Origin: an uncultured Methanosarcinales archaeon | GTDB lineage: Archaea; Nanobdellota; Nanobdellia; Woesearchaeales; DATGWN01 | Length of the DNA: 46,619 nt | Direction: 5' to 3' | NCBI GenBank assembly: GCA_964565095.1 | Contig: CAZMDB010000001.1 | Span: 1-46,619 of the forward strand | Shown: piece after piece, positions 8,636 to 18,466 of the stretch | How positions within the stretch are numbered: the stretch's first letter is position 1 | Layout of the letters: each line of letters begins with the position of its first letter | The notes under the pieces: model-generated | Database searches by the model: none | What the model was told of the DNA's origin: nothing | The model's input: only the letters and a program-made list of their open reading frames with translations | Program-made: the position numbers and the translations under genes

Positions 8636-11437
8636 ATGCATGATTCGATTGTCATCAAGGGAGCCCGGGAGCATAATCTGAAGAACATAGATTTGATCCT
8701 TCCGAAAAATAAGCTGATAACTATTACCGGACTTTCAGGCAGTGGAAAGTCTACATTGGCATTCGACACGATCTACGCTGAGGGACAGCGACGCTACGTC
8801 GAGTCATTGTCAGCATACGCGAGACAGTTCCTGGGGCTCATGAACAAGCCGGATGTGGATTCCATCGAAGGGCTCAGCCCCGCGATATCCATAGAACAGA
8901 AGACCACCAGCAGGAATCCCCGCTCGACGGTGGGGACTGTTACAGAGATATATGATTATCTCAGGTTGCTTTTTGCACGGGTGGGGACACCCCATTGTCC
9001 GATCTGTGGAAAAGAGATCGTCCCGCAGTCGGCAGAGCAGATCACGAACAGGATCATGGAGCATGATGCCGCACGGGTTATGATTTTTGCACCTGTGGTC
9101 CGCGGCAGGAAAGGTACCTACGAGCAGCTCTTCAAGGATCTGCAACAGCAGGGATATACACGAGCTGAAGTTGATGGATCCTTGTATCGTCTTGATGATG
9201 TTCCGGATCTGGAACGTTATGTGAAACATGATATCAACGTACTCATTGATCGCGTCTCACTGAAAGGGAAGAAGAATGAGTTGCGGACCCGTCTCAATGA
9301 AGCCATAGAGGCAGGACTTGATATGGCCGACGGCCTTCTGCTTGCCCAGTATGATGAAAGTGATGAGAAGCAGGTGTTTTCACGTACCAACAGCTGTCCC
9401 GATCATAACATCGCCTTCGAAGAGCTGCAGCCACGGATGTTCTCCTTCAACAGTCCTTTCGGCGCCTGCCCTGATTGCCATGGCCTGGGATTCAAGCAAG
9501 CTTTCGACCCGGATCTGCTGATCCCGGATCCTTCCCGTTCCCTTATGGAAGGGGCAGTGGATGTCTGGAAGGGTCGGTTGGATACCTGGCGCGTCCGATA
9601 CATGGTGCGATTTGCACAGAAGCACGGCATAGATCCGTATACACCGTGGGAGGAATTGGAAGAGCATGAGCGACGTCTGCTTCTGTACGGGGAAGACACA
9701 GGAGATAAGACCTTCGATGGGATTATCCCGACTCTCGACAGATTATACAAGCAGACCGATTCAGACAGGATGCGATCCTACTATGAGCGTTACGTCACTC
9801 CTCACTCTTGTGAAACATGTGCGGGAAACCGGCTGAAGCCGGAAAGCCTTTCTGTCTTGATAGATGGCAAGAACATCATCCAAGTGACTGATCTGTCTAT
9901 CAGGGATTGCGCCATGTTCTTCCAGCGTCTGGCATTGACACAGCAACAGAAAGAGATTGCGCACATGGTCCTCAAGGAGATCCGGGACCGTCTTTCTTTC
10001 CTTGTGAATGTGGGGTTAGGGTACCTGACACTGAGTAGGAGCGCAGGCACATTATCAGGAGGAGAAGCGCAGCGTATACGGTTGGCGACACAGATCGGCT
10101 CAAACCTGACCGGTGTCATATATGTCCTTGACGAACCCAGCATAGGCCTGCATCAGCGGGATAATCATCGGCTGATATCCACTTTGAAGCATCTGAGAGA
10201 TCTGGGCAACACTCTCATAGTGGTGGAACATGATGAAGAGACGATGCTTGAGTCTGATGTGTTGCTGGATATGGGTCCGGGTGCAGGTATCCATGGAGGT
10301 CATATTGTCGCTCAACAGGAACCGCGCGCGATGATGAAAAACAAAGGTTCTATCACAGGCCAGTATCTTGCGGGCAAGAAGACGATTGCTATGCCGACTG
10401 CACGGCGGGATCCCAAGGGGTGGATCACTGTGAAAGGTGCGGAGGAGAATAATCTCAAGAAGGTGGATGTCGCATTCCCTCTCGGCGTCCTGTGCCTGGT
10501 GACAGGAGTGTCCGGAAGCGGGAAATCGACATTAGTGAATCAGACTTTGGTGACTGCATTGCACAATCACTTCTACCGGACGCATCAGAAGGTGGGCAAG
10601 CACAGTGAGATAGCAGGGAAAGATGAAGTGGATAAGATCATTGTCATCGATCAGTCTCCTATCGGGAGGACCCCTCGCTCCAATCCTGCAACCTATACCA
10701 AGGTGTTTACCGATATCAGAGAATTGTTCGCCAATACGAAGGAGGCCAAGATACGTGGGTATGCTCCAGGACGTTTTTCTTTCAATGTCAAGGGTGGTCG
10801 GTGTGAGACCTGTCAGGGGGACGGAGTGATAAAGATAGAGATGAATTTCCTGCCAGATGTGTATGTGACGTGCGAAGAATGTAAGGGGAAGAGGTATAAT
10901 GCGGAGACGTTGCAGATCACCTATAAAGAGAAGACCATAGCGGATGTGCTCGATATGACTGTGGAGGAGGCGTATGGCTTTTTCGCGTCAGTGCCTCGTA
11001 TCGAGCGTCGGTTACGGATGCTCAATGATGTGGGGCTCGGATACATCAAGTTGGGCCAATCAGCCACTACTTTGTCAGGGGGAGAGGCTCAGCGGGTGAA
11101 GTTGACCAGCGAATTGGCCAAAAGAGGTACTGGTAATACCCTCTATGTGTTGGATGAGCCGACGACCGGACTGCATTTTGACGATGTAAGCAAGTTGCTT
11201 GATGTCCTGCAGCGTCTGGTCAAGCGCGGCAATACAGTGGTTGTGATAGAGCACAATCTGGACGTGGTCAAATCTGCTGATTACATCATCGATCTTGGAC
11301 CTGAGGGCGGAGACGAAGGTGGCAAGGTGATAGCTACAGGTACTCCCGAAGAAATTGTCAAGGTGAAAGAGAGTCATACCGGACAGTACTTGAAGCCTGT
11401 GATCGGAAAGGCACGGGGAAGCAAGAAGACAAAATGA
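8636..11437 (+). CDS. uvrA: Excinuclease ABC subunit A
   Basis: The conserved UvrA N-terminus starts at MHDSIVIKGAREHNLKNIDL. Two ABC ATPase modules are present (GLSGSGKST and GVSGSGKST; two LSGGE signatures), plus zinc-finger Cys clusters. The track's TTG start at 8519 adds a non-conserved 39-aa extension. Confidence 0.97.
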   Translation: MHDSIVIKGAREHNLKNIDLILPKNKLITITGLSGSGKSTLAFDTIYAEGQRRYVESLSAYARQFLGLMNKPDVDSIEGLSPAISIEQKTTSRNPRSTVGTVTEIYDYLRLLFARVGTPHCPICGKEIVPQSAEQITNRIMEHDAARVMIFAPVVRGRKGTYEQLFKDLQQQGYTRAEVDGSLYRLDDVPDLERYVKHDINVLIDRVSLKGKKNELRTRLNEAIEAGLDMADGLLLAQYDESDEKQVFSRTNSCPDHNIAFEELQPRMFSFNSPFGACPDCHGLGFKQAFDPDLLIPDPSRSLMEGAVDVWKGRLDTWRVRYMVRFAQKHGIDPYTPWEELEEHERRLLLYGEDTGDKTFDGIIPTLDRLYKQTDSDRMRSYYERYVTPHSCETCAGNRLKPESLSVLIDGKNIIQVTDLSIRDCAMFFQRLALTQQQKEIAHMVLKEIRDRLSFLVNVGLGYLTLSRSAGTLSGGEAQRIRLATQIGSNLTGVIYVLDEPSIGLHQRDNHRLISTLKHLRDLGNTLIVVEHDEETMLESDVLLDMGPGAGIHGGHIVAQQEPRAMMKNKGSITGQYLAGKKTIAMPTARRDPKGWITVKGAEENNLKKVDVAFPLGVLCLVTGVSGSGKSTLVNQTLVTALHNHFYRTHQKVGKHSEIAGKDEVDKIIVIDQSPIGRTPRSNPATYTKVFTDIRELFANTKEAKIRGYAPGRFSFNVKGGRCETCQGDGVIKIEMNFLPDVYVTCEECKGKRYNAETLQITYKEKTIADVLDMTVEEAYGFFASVPRIERRLRMLNDVGLGYIKLGQSATTLSGGEAQRVKLTSELAKRGTGNTLYVLDEPTTGLHFDDVSKLLDVLQRLVKRGNTVVVIEHNLDVVKSADYIIDLGPEGGDEGGKVIATGTPEEIVKVKESHTGQYLKPVIGKARGSKKTK

Positions 11438-13038
11438 CCCAAGAGAGGCTGGACAAAAAGCTTGCGGAATTGCCGAACCAGCCCGGGTGCTATCAATTCA
11501 TTTCTGCTCAGACAGAGGTCTTGTATATAGGAAAGGCCAAGGATCTTCGCAAGCGGGTCATGCAGTATTTCCAGAAAAACCATCATGATGCCAAAACAGG
11601 GGAGATGGTGGGGCAGATTACTGATCTGCGTATCATCATCACTGATACTGAAGCAGAGGCTCTGATCCTGGAGGCCGAGCTTATCAGGAAACATCGTCCA
11701 CGATACAATCTGATGCTGAAGGATAATCGGCGATATGCGTACATAGAGATAACAGATGAGGCATGGCCTCGTCTACGCACCGCGCGCAAGCGAGAGGGCA
11801 AAGGGACATTCTACGGACCTTATGTGGATGGTGCGATGCGCGCTCATGTGATACGTACCCTCACGCGCTCATTCCAGATACGGTCATGCCGGCGCCTTCC
11901 AAAGAAAGTCTGTCTCTACTATCATATCGGATGGTGCACCGGACCCTGCGAGGGGAAGGTACATCCGGATGACTATGCGGATCGGATCGATCAGGTCAGA
12001 CAGCATCTGGAGGGACGTTCGGATGAGTTGATCCAGCGCCTGGAGTGCGGGATGCAGGAAGCTGCAGAAAACATGCAGTACGAAGTAGCAAAGACCAAAC
12101 GCGATCAGATGTTTGCGGTAATGAAGCTGAATGAGCGCCAGAAGATCGATCAGGATGTGCGGTTCAACCAGGATGTGATCGCGTATGCACGTAGCAGCGA
12201 TCGCATGGTGATCACAGTGTTCACTATCAAGCGTGGGACAATCCTTGCCAAGGATGATTTCTCTTTCTATTCGGATACCTATCTGTTGGAGGATACAGAG
12301 ACGGTCCTTTCGCAGTTTTTGCAACAGTATTACTCTGAGAATGGCATGCCAGCTGAGATCATAGTGGAAGCACTTGATGCAGGAGATGCAGCATCCTTGC
12401 AGGAAAATTTTTCAGAGCGTGCAGGACACAAAGTGCGTGTGGTGGTGCCACAGCGTGGCAATAAGCGGCACCTGGTGGGCATGGCAAAAAAGAACGCTCA
12501 ACACGCCGTGCTGGGCCGTGATCAGGTATTGGTGGAACTGCAATCGACGTTACGTCTTCCGGAGTTGCCTGGAGTGATCGAATGTTTTGACATCTCTACC
12601 CTTCAGGGCGAGCACACAGTCGCAAGCATGGTACAGTTCCGTGATGGGAAACCGGACAAATCAAACTATCGGCGGTTCCGTATCCGTACTGTGCGCGGGC
12701 AGGATGACTTTGCCGCCATGCGCGAAGTGGTTCTTCGCAGATATCGCAGGTTGGTGCAAGAATCCCGCATGCTGCCGAATCTTGTGATGATCGATGGTGG
12801 GAAGGGACAGCTTCAGAGCGCGTTATCCGCCTTATCTGAAGTGGGGGTACATATTCCTATGATATCTATAGCAAAGCGGGAAGAGGAGATCTATGTGCCG
12901 GGACGGCCATCACCGCTGAAGATTTCCAAGAAGAAGGAATCATTGAAGCTGTTGCAACGGGTACGCAATGAAGCTCATCGTTTCGCGATTAATTACCATA
13001 AGTTACTGCGGGATAAGAAGCGTTTGGATGATCTATAG
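11434..13038 (+). CDS. uvrC: Excinuclease ABC subunit C, apparently lacking the C-terminal (HhH)2 domain
   Basis: GIY-YIG N-terminus (GCYQFISAQTEVLYIGKAKDLRKRV), a UVR-like segment, and an Endo V-like domain (IECFDISTLQGEHTVASMVQFRDGKPDKSNYRRFRI). The start overlaps the uvrA stop (ATGA). The protein ends about 15 aa after NEAHRFAINYH. Confidence 0.93.
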   Translation: MTQERLDKKLAELPNQPGCYQFISAQTEVLYIGKAKDLRKRVMQYFQKNHHDAKTGEMVGQITDLRIIITDTEAEALILEAELIRKHRPRYNLMLKDNRRYAYIEITDEAWPRLRTARKREGKGTFYGPYVDGAMRAHVIRTLTRSFQIRSCRRLPKKVCLYYHIGWCTGPCEGKVHPDDYADRIDQVRQHLEGRSDELIQRLECGMQEAAENMQYEVAKTKRDQMFAVMKLNERQKIDQDVRFNQDVIAYARSSDRMVITVFTIKRGTILAKDDFSFYSDTYLLEDTETVLSQFLQQYYSENGMPAEIIVEALDAGDAASLQENFSERAGHKVRVVVPQRGNKRHLVGMAKKNAQHAVLGRDQVLVELQSTLRLPELPGVIECFDISTLQGEHTVASMVQFRDGKPDKSNYRRFRIRTVRGQDDFAAMREVVLRRYRRLVQESRMLPNLVMIDGGKGQLQSALSALSEVGVHIPMISIAKREEEIYVPGRPSPLKISKKKESLKLLQRVRNEAHRFAINYHKLLRDKKRLDDL

Positions 13039-13677
13039 TTTCTTGACATAGCATACCAGATAGATGGGAGTATCCCCAAAAGCGCATTCCCACAGAGAAG
13101 TCTGTATTTTGGAATGGATGCTGTAGCCGTTCTTTTTCCAGAAGGAGGCATTCGATTGTTCCGGATGCAGATAACTGTCGGCATGGAGCATCTTACAGCC
13201 ATGGTCACGTGCCTGCGTCTCGAAAGCATGAAGAAGCTGTGCACCATGTCCTTTTCCACGGGCTTCTGGCAGAAGGTTGATATGGAAATGACCTGCATCA
13301 TGTGGGGTCTTGAACTGAAGCTCTTGAGATATGCCTGTTGCAGCTTTGAGCAGTGATCTGATCTGCCCGATCCAGAATCTCCGATCCTTATTCGTCTGTG
13401 CTAGGGATAGGAAGAGGTTTTGCAAGGTGGTTTGGATGAAGGCGTCTTTGTGGTGCTTCTCATCAATACATCCCATGCAATATCCGACCACTTCTGTGCC
13501 TGATGCCAATATGAGTATGTGCTCAGGATGGTTGAAATATGGATAGAGGAATCGTTTCCAAAGTGTGTTGTCCGATAATAGAGGATCCATTGATCCTCCT
13601 ATCAGTCCCGTCTTGAAATGGATGTTCTCTATCTGTAGGCGGTCAGAAGGCTTGTAGGTGCGGATATGGAAGTTCAT
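13033..13677 (-). CDS. GNAT-family N-acetyltransferase
   Basis: Acetyl-CoA binding-like block (LLPEARGKGHGAQLLHAFETQARDHGCKMLHADSY...NASFWKKNGYS). It overlaps the upstream MazG gene by 4 nt. Confidence 0.8.
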   Translation of the reverse strand: MNFHIRTYKPSDRLQIENIHFKTGLIGGSMDPLLSDNTLWKRFLYPYFNHPEHILILASGTEVVGYCMGCIDEKHHKDAFIQTTLQNLFLSLAQTNKDRRFWIGQIRSLLKAATGISQELQFKTPHDAGHFHINLLPEARGKGHGAQLLHAFETQARDHGCKMLHADSYLHPEQSNASFWKKNGYSIHSKIQTSLWECAFGDTPIYLVCYVKKL

Positions 13678-13991
13678 TGTTTTTTCTCATATCGATCATT
13701 GTCGCGTCCATAGCATTTGTCCATCGTCTTTTTCCAAGCCGCATCCAGATCGATATCAAGGCTGTTTGCAAGGCAGACCAGAGTGAAGAATATGTCGCTT
13801 ATCTCGTCCTGGACTTCACCGAGCTCTTCTGTAGATTTTTTCTTCTTGGGACCGAAACGATGGTTGATCTCACGCGCCAGTTCGCCTGTCTCTTCAGTCA
13901 GGCGGAGCATGATATCAGCAGGCTTCCAATAAGGAATGGTGAACTGAGAGGTCCATTGATCGACGTCTTTCTGCATCTGTTGGAGTGTCAT
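13674..13991 (-). CDS. MazG-like nucleoside triphosphate pyrophosphohydrolase (small all-alpha type)
   Basis: LTEETGELAREIN....EELGEVQDEISDIFFTLVCLANSLDIDLD matches the EExxE...D MazG helix pattern. Length is 105 aa. Confidence 0.85.
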   Translation of the reverse strand: MTLQQMQKDVDQWTSQFTIPYWKPADIMLRLTEETGELAREINHRFGPKKKKSTEELGEVQDEISDIFFTLVCLANSLDIDLDAAWKKTMDKCYGRDNDRYEKKQ

Positions 13992-14079
13992 AATCTTTGT
14001 GGCGGGTGGATAGTATTTATAGCTTATGCAGTTGGTAACTCATGCAGTGGCATAAAAGGGAGTCTCCTGGCCGCAGACG

Positions 14080-14109
14080 GGTTCTAGTCTCGTCGGTTCT
14101 AGTCTCGTC
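14080..14109. repeat. Perfect tandem direct repeat, 2 x 15 bp (GGTTCTAGTCTCGTC)
   Basis: Read directly: 14080-14094 and 14095-14109 are identical. The repeat lies immediately upstream of a TATA-like TTTATATA (14115-14122) and the 1093-aa gene. Confidence 0.9.
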
Positions 14110-14145
14110 TAAACATTTATATATCAATTTTTGGAGGAAAGCAGT

Positions 14146-17100
14146 ATGAAGGGAAAAAGGGGTCAGGTAGTTCTTTTCATCATTTTCGGGCTCGTACTGA
14201 TCATGCTCGTCTCCTTGGGATTTGTCTATCGTACCGTTACACAAGCAGATACTCTCGGGACAGAGGCACGTGAGGCGATTGAACAATCCATTCCGCTCTA
14301 TCCTCCTCAAAAATACGTGGAGTATTGTCTGAACTATCATCTTCCTCCTCTCGCGCGTGCTATGGCGCATCACGGTGGGACGCTGTTCCCTCAGGATTAT
14401 GAGTCATTCGATCGTGATGTCCGTATGTGGTACACTCTTGAGAGCGGCAATGCTTTAGTTGGCAGGGAGTCGGTAGCTGATGAGCTTGCTGAGTCTTTAC
14501 GCTCACGCATGGAAGGATGCCTGGATATGGGCGTGTACACGCAGCAGGGATTCGAAGTTTCAGCTGGGCAACTGAGCATACTGAATCTGACCGTGGCTGA
14601 AGACAGGGTGCATGTCCTGATCGATTTCCCCATCACTATCACTACCGAAGATGAGGTTTTCTCGAAGGACAGTTTCGCGGCAGAGGTCGACGTACCTCTG
14701 GGCAAGGCACTCAGAATCGCACATTCTCTTGTGAACACGCATGTGAGTGATGGGGATGTGGATGTTGTGCGCTACATGGTCGGTCATCCTGAGCTAAGGC
14801 TCATGCGCGAGAAACCATACCCCTTCATCGTGTATACATTGAATATCTCTCACAAAGATGATCCGTTCGCACTCCGTTTCGCTATGGAGACCGAAGACCC
14901 TTTTACGTCTCCGATGCCCGTGCCGTCCGGTTGCTGCCAGCTGGGAGCAGACTGTTTCCTCTCATCCCGCAAAGAATCATGCCTTGCCGAAGGTGGCTTT
15001 TTCAATGCAGATTTCTGTTCGTGCCCTGTAGTGGATTATGGCGCAGCCGAAGATACCTACATGCGGCTGAGCAATCTGGAGCAGGTGCAGTGTGAGGATG
15101 GTCCATGCCAGAACTGCGGAACAGCGCGCCATGGGGAATCCTGGTGCGGTTCAGTGGACGGCGTCGGAGGACGTCATTTCAGACAATTCTGTATCGATGG
15201 CGTGGAGCATGTGGAAGAATGCAAGGATTATCGTCAGGAAGTTTGTGCAGAGACAGATGTCCTTGGGCTTCGCAGAGCACAGTGCCGTCCGAATCGTCAT
15301 TCTGATTGTGTAGAATGTACAAGCGAATCCTGCTGCACGGATAGCCTACGCCGTGATTGCAAATGGATCTCAGAAGATGTGGGATGTCGTCCTCTGGTTT
15401 CACCGGGATTGCGGTTCTGGGAAGATGCGAGTGAGGCATATTGCAGTGGAGCCACAACAATCTGCGATGATTGTGAGATTGACAGTCTTTCTCTGCTGGA
15501 AAGTTGTGTATCTGCAGGCGATTGTGGCAATCAGTTGAATGCATATGGTGAGGCTAGTACCGCCGGTATGCTGGGGATGCATGCATATTCGCAGGCGGAC
15601 TATCTGGCTATGCTCGAGGCAACTGATCATTCTGAAGGTTTGAAATACTTTCCTTATGAGATGTTTCACAATCTCAGTCATAGTAGTCAATTGACAGGTC
15701 AAGTACGTGGTGGGCAGCTCAGTCGCGTCATCCACAGTGCTCTTGAAGTTATCGATCAGCTTTCTTTTGTGAGTCTTGCAGATTATCTGGATCCGTCCAA
15801 AGCTATTGATATGCAATCCCTTGTTTTCTCTTATTGTCGCGCCTGGCATCCTCCGGAAGCGGATGCCTGCGGTTACTGCATGCAGATGCCAGTATCATGT
15901 TCGGAATATATGTGCCGGAGTCTCGGTGACGAGTGCCGTTTTGCACGTATTGATGGACGTCCGTTCTGTTATGCAATGGAGCATAATGATAACACACAGC
16001 CACAGGTACTAGGAGTATACCATCAGAGCAGTCTGGATCCGCAGGGACTTCTGCAGCAGGATGAGTTGGGCGGACTGGAAGGGTATAGGTATAAGGAAGC
16101 TATTGATCCACAACATCCCATCGAAGCGTACATCAAGACCTCTGAGCCGACCCAGTGCAAGGTGAGTTATCTCCCAGGCAAATCGTATGATGAGCTATCA
16201 GGCACTCAGCTATCCTCCCATCGTTTTGTCGGGAATCATTCCTTGAAACTCAGATTCATAAATAATATGGAAGTGCTTGATCGGTTCCTTGCCAAGTTCA
16301 ATTCCTCTTCATATCTGGAACTGGCTGATCAATTGACAGAACTGAAGAATACCCTTGAAATCCTTTCGCGCAGGCATCCGCGTATCGAGCGATTCCGCTC
16401 CGGATATTATTCTCTCATCGCTCCATTGGTGGAGCATTATATGGCGCATGAACACAGGCAGATGACTGAGCTGCTATTGCAGGAGGCAGAGAAAGGCGAG
16501 TACTATCTCTTCTTCGCATGCGTGGACGCTGCAGGCAACCAGAATGCCCCGACTTTTCTGCATTTCCGGTTCAGGGACCCATGTAATGATACCGAGGCTC
16601 CGGATTTTTCTGCGATGCGCACCGGCACCCGGGGCATATCTGTTGTAGGGGATGAATATCTCACCTGCCGATATGATGTTGTGAATCTCTCATACACTGA
16701 CATGTCGTTTCCTATGGACTGTCCTGATTCGATGTATGCCATAGATCCTCACGATGATATGTATCACTGCTCAGCCCATCTGCACAGAAATATCAGCAAT
16801 GCGACAAAAGTGTATGTTGCTTGTGCTGATCATCCTGAATGGGATGTAGGAGATGAGGCCTACCAGTTGAGTCTTGATGTCGATCGTTCTGAGCAGGCTC
16901 GTGGTTTCGTCTCCCGGGTCATCAACAAGAGCATATCTGTTTTGCATGTGAATGTGAGCGACGAGTTTCCTACGCAGCTTAGCCTCAGATTCCCTGCGGC
17001 CTATAGCTGCATGATGGATGGAGTGGCACTGAGCTGTTCTCTGCAGGAATGTCGTGCAGAACTGCATGAGCCAGGAGTGCATCAGGTCTATTGTGTCCCC

Positions 17101-17427
17101 CGTCCAGAGAATGAAGCGATCTGCAGGAGGGAGCGCAATATTGCCGAACCGAAGGTTCTCGATCTTGATGTAGCCCAGACAGCTGCCGGCAGGATGCAGA
17201 TGGGTGCGTACTACCGTACTTCAGAAAACGCTGTCGTGGCATGGGTCTCTTCAGAGCATGCAGCCTGTCAGTTCGACTGGCGGGGAACTGTGTCTACGAT
17301 GGAACCTATCAATCAGACACATCATCAGGGTATTGTCGAAGGGTTTGAAGCAGGTGTCGCGGAGCTGACGGTGACATGCAAATCTCAGGATCAGATGGTG
17401 AACAGGAGTATTATCGCGGTCAGGTAA
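14146..17427 (+). CDS. Very large Cys-rich, N-terminally membrane-anchored (signal-anchor) protein, function unknown
   Basis: ATG 14146 is preceded by GGAGG (14133-14137). One N-terminal TM segment (VVLFIIFGLVLIMLVSLGFVY). A dense Cys-rich central region has CxxC- and CC-type spacings. No domain was recognised. Confidence 0.7.
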   Translation: MKGKRGQVVLFIIFGLVLIMLVSLGFVYRTVTQADTLGTEAREAIEQSIPLYPPQKYVEYCLNYHLPPLARAMAHHGGTLFPQDYESFDRDVRMWYTLESGNALVGRESVADELAESLRSRMEGCLDMGVYTQQGFEVSAGQLSILNLTVAEDRVHVLIDFPITITTEDEVFSKDSFAAEVDVPLGKALRIAHSLVNTHVSDGDVDVVRYMVGHPELRLMREKPYPFIVYTLNISHKDDPFALRFAMETEDPFTSPMPVPSGCCQLGADCFLSSRKESCLAEGGFFNADFCSCPVVDYGAAEDTYMRLSNLEQVQCEDGPCQNCGTARHGESWCGSVDGVGGRHFRQFCIDGVEHVEECKDYRQEVCAETDVLGLRRAQCRPNRHSDCVECTSESCCTDSLRRDCKWISEDVGCRPLVSPGLRFWEDASEAYCSGATTICDDCEIDSLSLLESCVSAGDCGNQLNAYGEASTAGMLGMHAYSQADYLAMLEATDHSEGLKYFPYEMFHNLSHSSQLTGQVRGGQLSRVIHSALEVIDQLSFVSLADYLDPSKAIDMQSLVFSYCRAWHPPEADACGYCMQMPVSCSEYMCRSLGDECRFARIDGRPFCYAMEHNDNTQPQVLGVYHQSSLDPQGLLQQDELGGLEGYRYKEAIDPQHPIEAYIKTSEPTQCKVSYLPGKSYDELSGTQLSSHRFVGNHSLKLRFINNMEVLDRFLAKFNSSSYLELADQLTELKNTLEILSRRHPRIERFRSGYYSLIAPLVEHYMAHEHRQMTELLLQEAEKGEYYLFFACVDAAGNQNAPTFLHFRFRDPCNDTEAPDFSAMRTGTRGISVVGDEYLTCRYDVVNLSYTDMSFPMDCPDSMYAIDPHDDMYHCSAHLHRNISNATKVYVACADHPEWDVGDEAYQLSLDVDRSEQARGFVSRVINKSISVLHVNVSDEFPTQLSLRFPAAYSCMMDGVALSCSLQECRAELHEPGVHQVYCVPRPENEAICRRERNIAEPKVLDLDVAQTAAGRMQMGAYYRTSENAVVAWVSSEHAACQFDWRGTVSTMEPINQTHHQGIVEGFEAGVAELTVTCKSQDQMVNRSIIAVR

Positions 17428-17461
17428 GCTGGGGACTTGCCAAAGCGTGACAGTGAAGCGT

Positions 17462-17860
17462 TCATACCCTGTCCTTTTGTGTTATATATTCCACTACCAC
17501 GGATGCATCAGGTAACTGGAATAAGAATGTCGCCGGACTCAGTCGGGTGGGATAATCTTTAACACCTAAAGCACCCTGGAAAACAGGGATTCTTGCAATT
17601 GCGTAATCCCCTCTTCCTCCCGGTGCATTTTTCTGGAATACATATGTGTAGGCGTCCACTAGATGAAGAACTGGTCTTTGTGTTGCCGGTCTTTCTGTTG
17701 CCTCTGTGGTGTTAATGGAATTGACTTCTACGGTGCGGTAGCCGCAACCATCGGTTTTATCTATGATGCCTCTATGCAGAAGAAGGTCCTGCTGGTGTTG
17801 TGTGAGGTGGTGAAAAGGGTAGGTCCCGTATCTTTGTCTGAGCGTGCTGAGGTCGGTCAT
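17462..17860 (-). CDS. Hypothetical protein (132 aa)
   Basis: The ORF has a TATA-like TTTAAAAA (17882-17889) centred about 26 nt upstream of its ATG at 17860. No domain was recognised. Confidence 0.55.
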   Translation of the reverse strand: MTDLSTLRQRYGTYPFHHLTQHQQDLLLHRGIIDKTDGCGYRTVEVNSINTTEATERPATQRPVLHLVDAYTYVFQKNAPGGRGDYAIARIPVFQGALGVKDYPTRLSPATFLFQLPDASVVVEYITQKDRV

Positions 17861-18173
17861 ACCCGGAAGAGGAGCAGTGTATTTAAAAATATTTCCATTT
17901 TTATTACCAAATAGTGTCTACAATTTTGTGTCGACGGTTTCCGATGCAATTATTGCTACTGCTTTTCTCATCTTAGGAACTGATTGTTGTTGGAGCAGAA
18001 CAGTTGCTCATTTTGGGAAGTGATTATATGTGTAATCCTGTCAAGGCTCTCGAGTTTCATAGTGAGCAAAAATTTTATAAAAAGTTTAAAGGCTATGTTT
18101 CAATATACCGACATAGACCCATAGAAAGGTTTATATATATTATACAATATACTGCAAGTTGGGGGAACATAAA

Positions 18174-18440
18174 GTGAATGAGAAGATTTTCAATGTATTT
18201 TTCAGGGAGAAACCGGCGATGCTTCTGGTGACGCTCAAGAACGCCAAGAATGAAGTGTATGCTTCCACAGTGGCAAAGAAAATCGATTGTACGTATTCGC
18301 ATGTGGTCAAGATCCTCCAGGAGATGGAGAAGGCGAAACTGATCAACTTCAATAAACAGGGGCGCCTCAAATATCTGAGTCTTACCAAGAAAGGCATGGA
18401 CGTTGCGGAATGCATAGAGAAAATCCGTAGTGTTCTTTGA
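18174..18440 (+). CDS. Winged helix-turn-helix DNA-binding protein (MarR/ArsR-like)
   Basis: The wHTH pattern is VYASTVAKKIDCTYSHVVKILQEMEKAKLINFNKQGRLKYLSLTKKG. The start is uncertain (GTG 18174 or TTG 18159). TATA TTTATATA lies at 18130-18137. Confidence 0.65.
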   Translation: MNEKIFNVFFREKPAMLLVTLKNAKNEVYASTVAKKIDCTYSHVVKILQEMEKAKLINFNKQGRLKYLSLTKKGMDVAECIEKIRSVL

Positions 18441-18466
18441 GCTTTTTTTTGCGGGAGCGGTTTCCT

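Noticed and set aside
13033-13991. The GNAT plus small upstream gene as a GNAT-type toxin-antitoxin pair.
   Set aside because: The upstream partner is a MazG-type pyrophosphohydrolase, not an RHH/HTH antitoxin. The GNAT protein (214 aa) is larger than tRNA-acetylating toxins.
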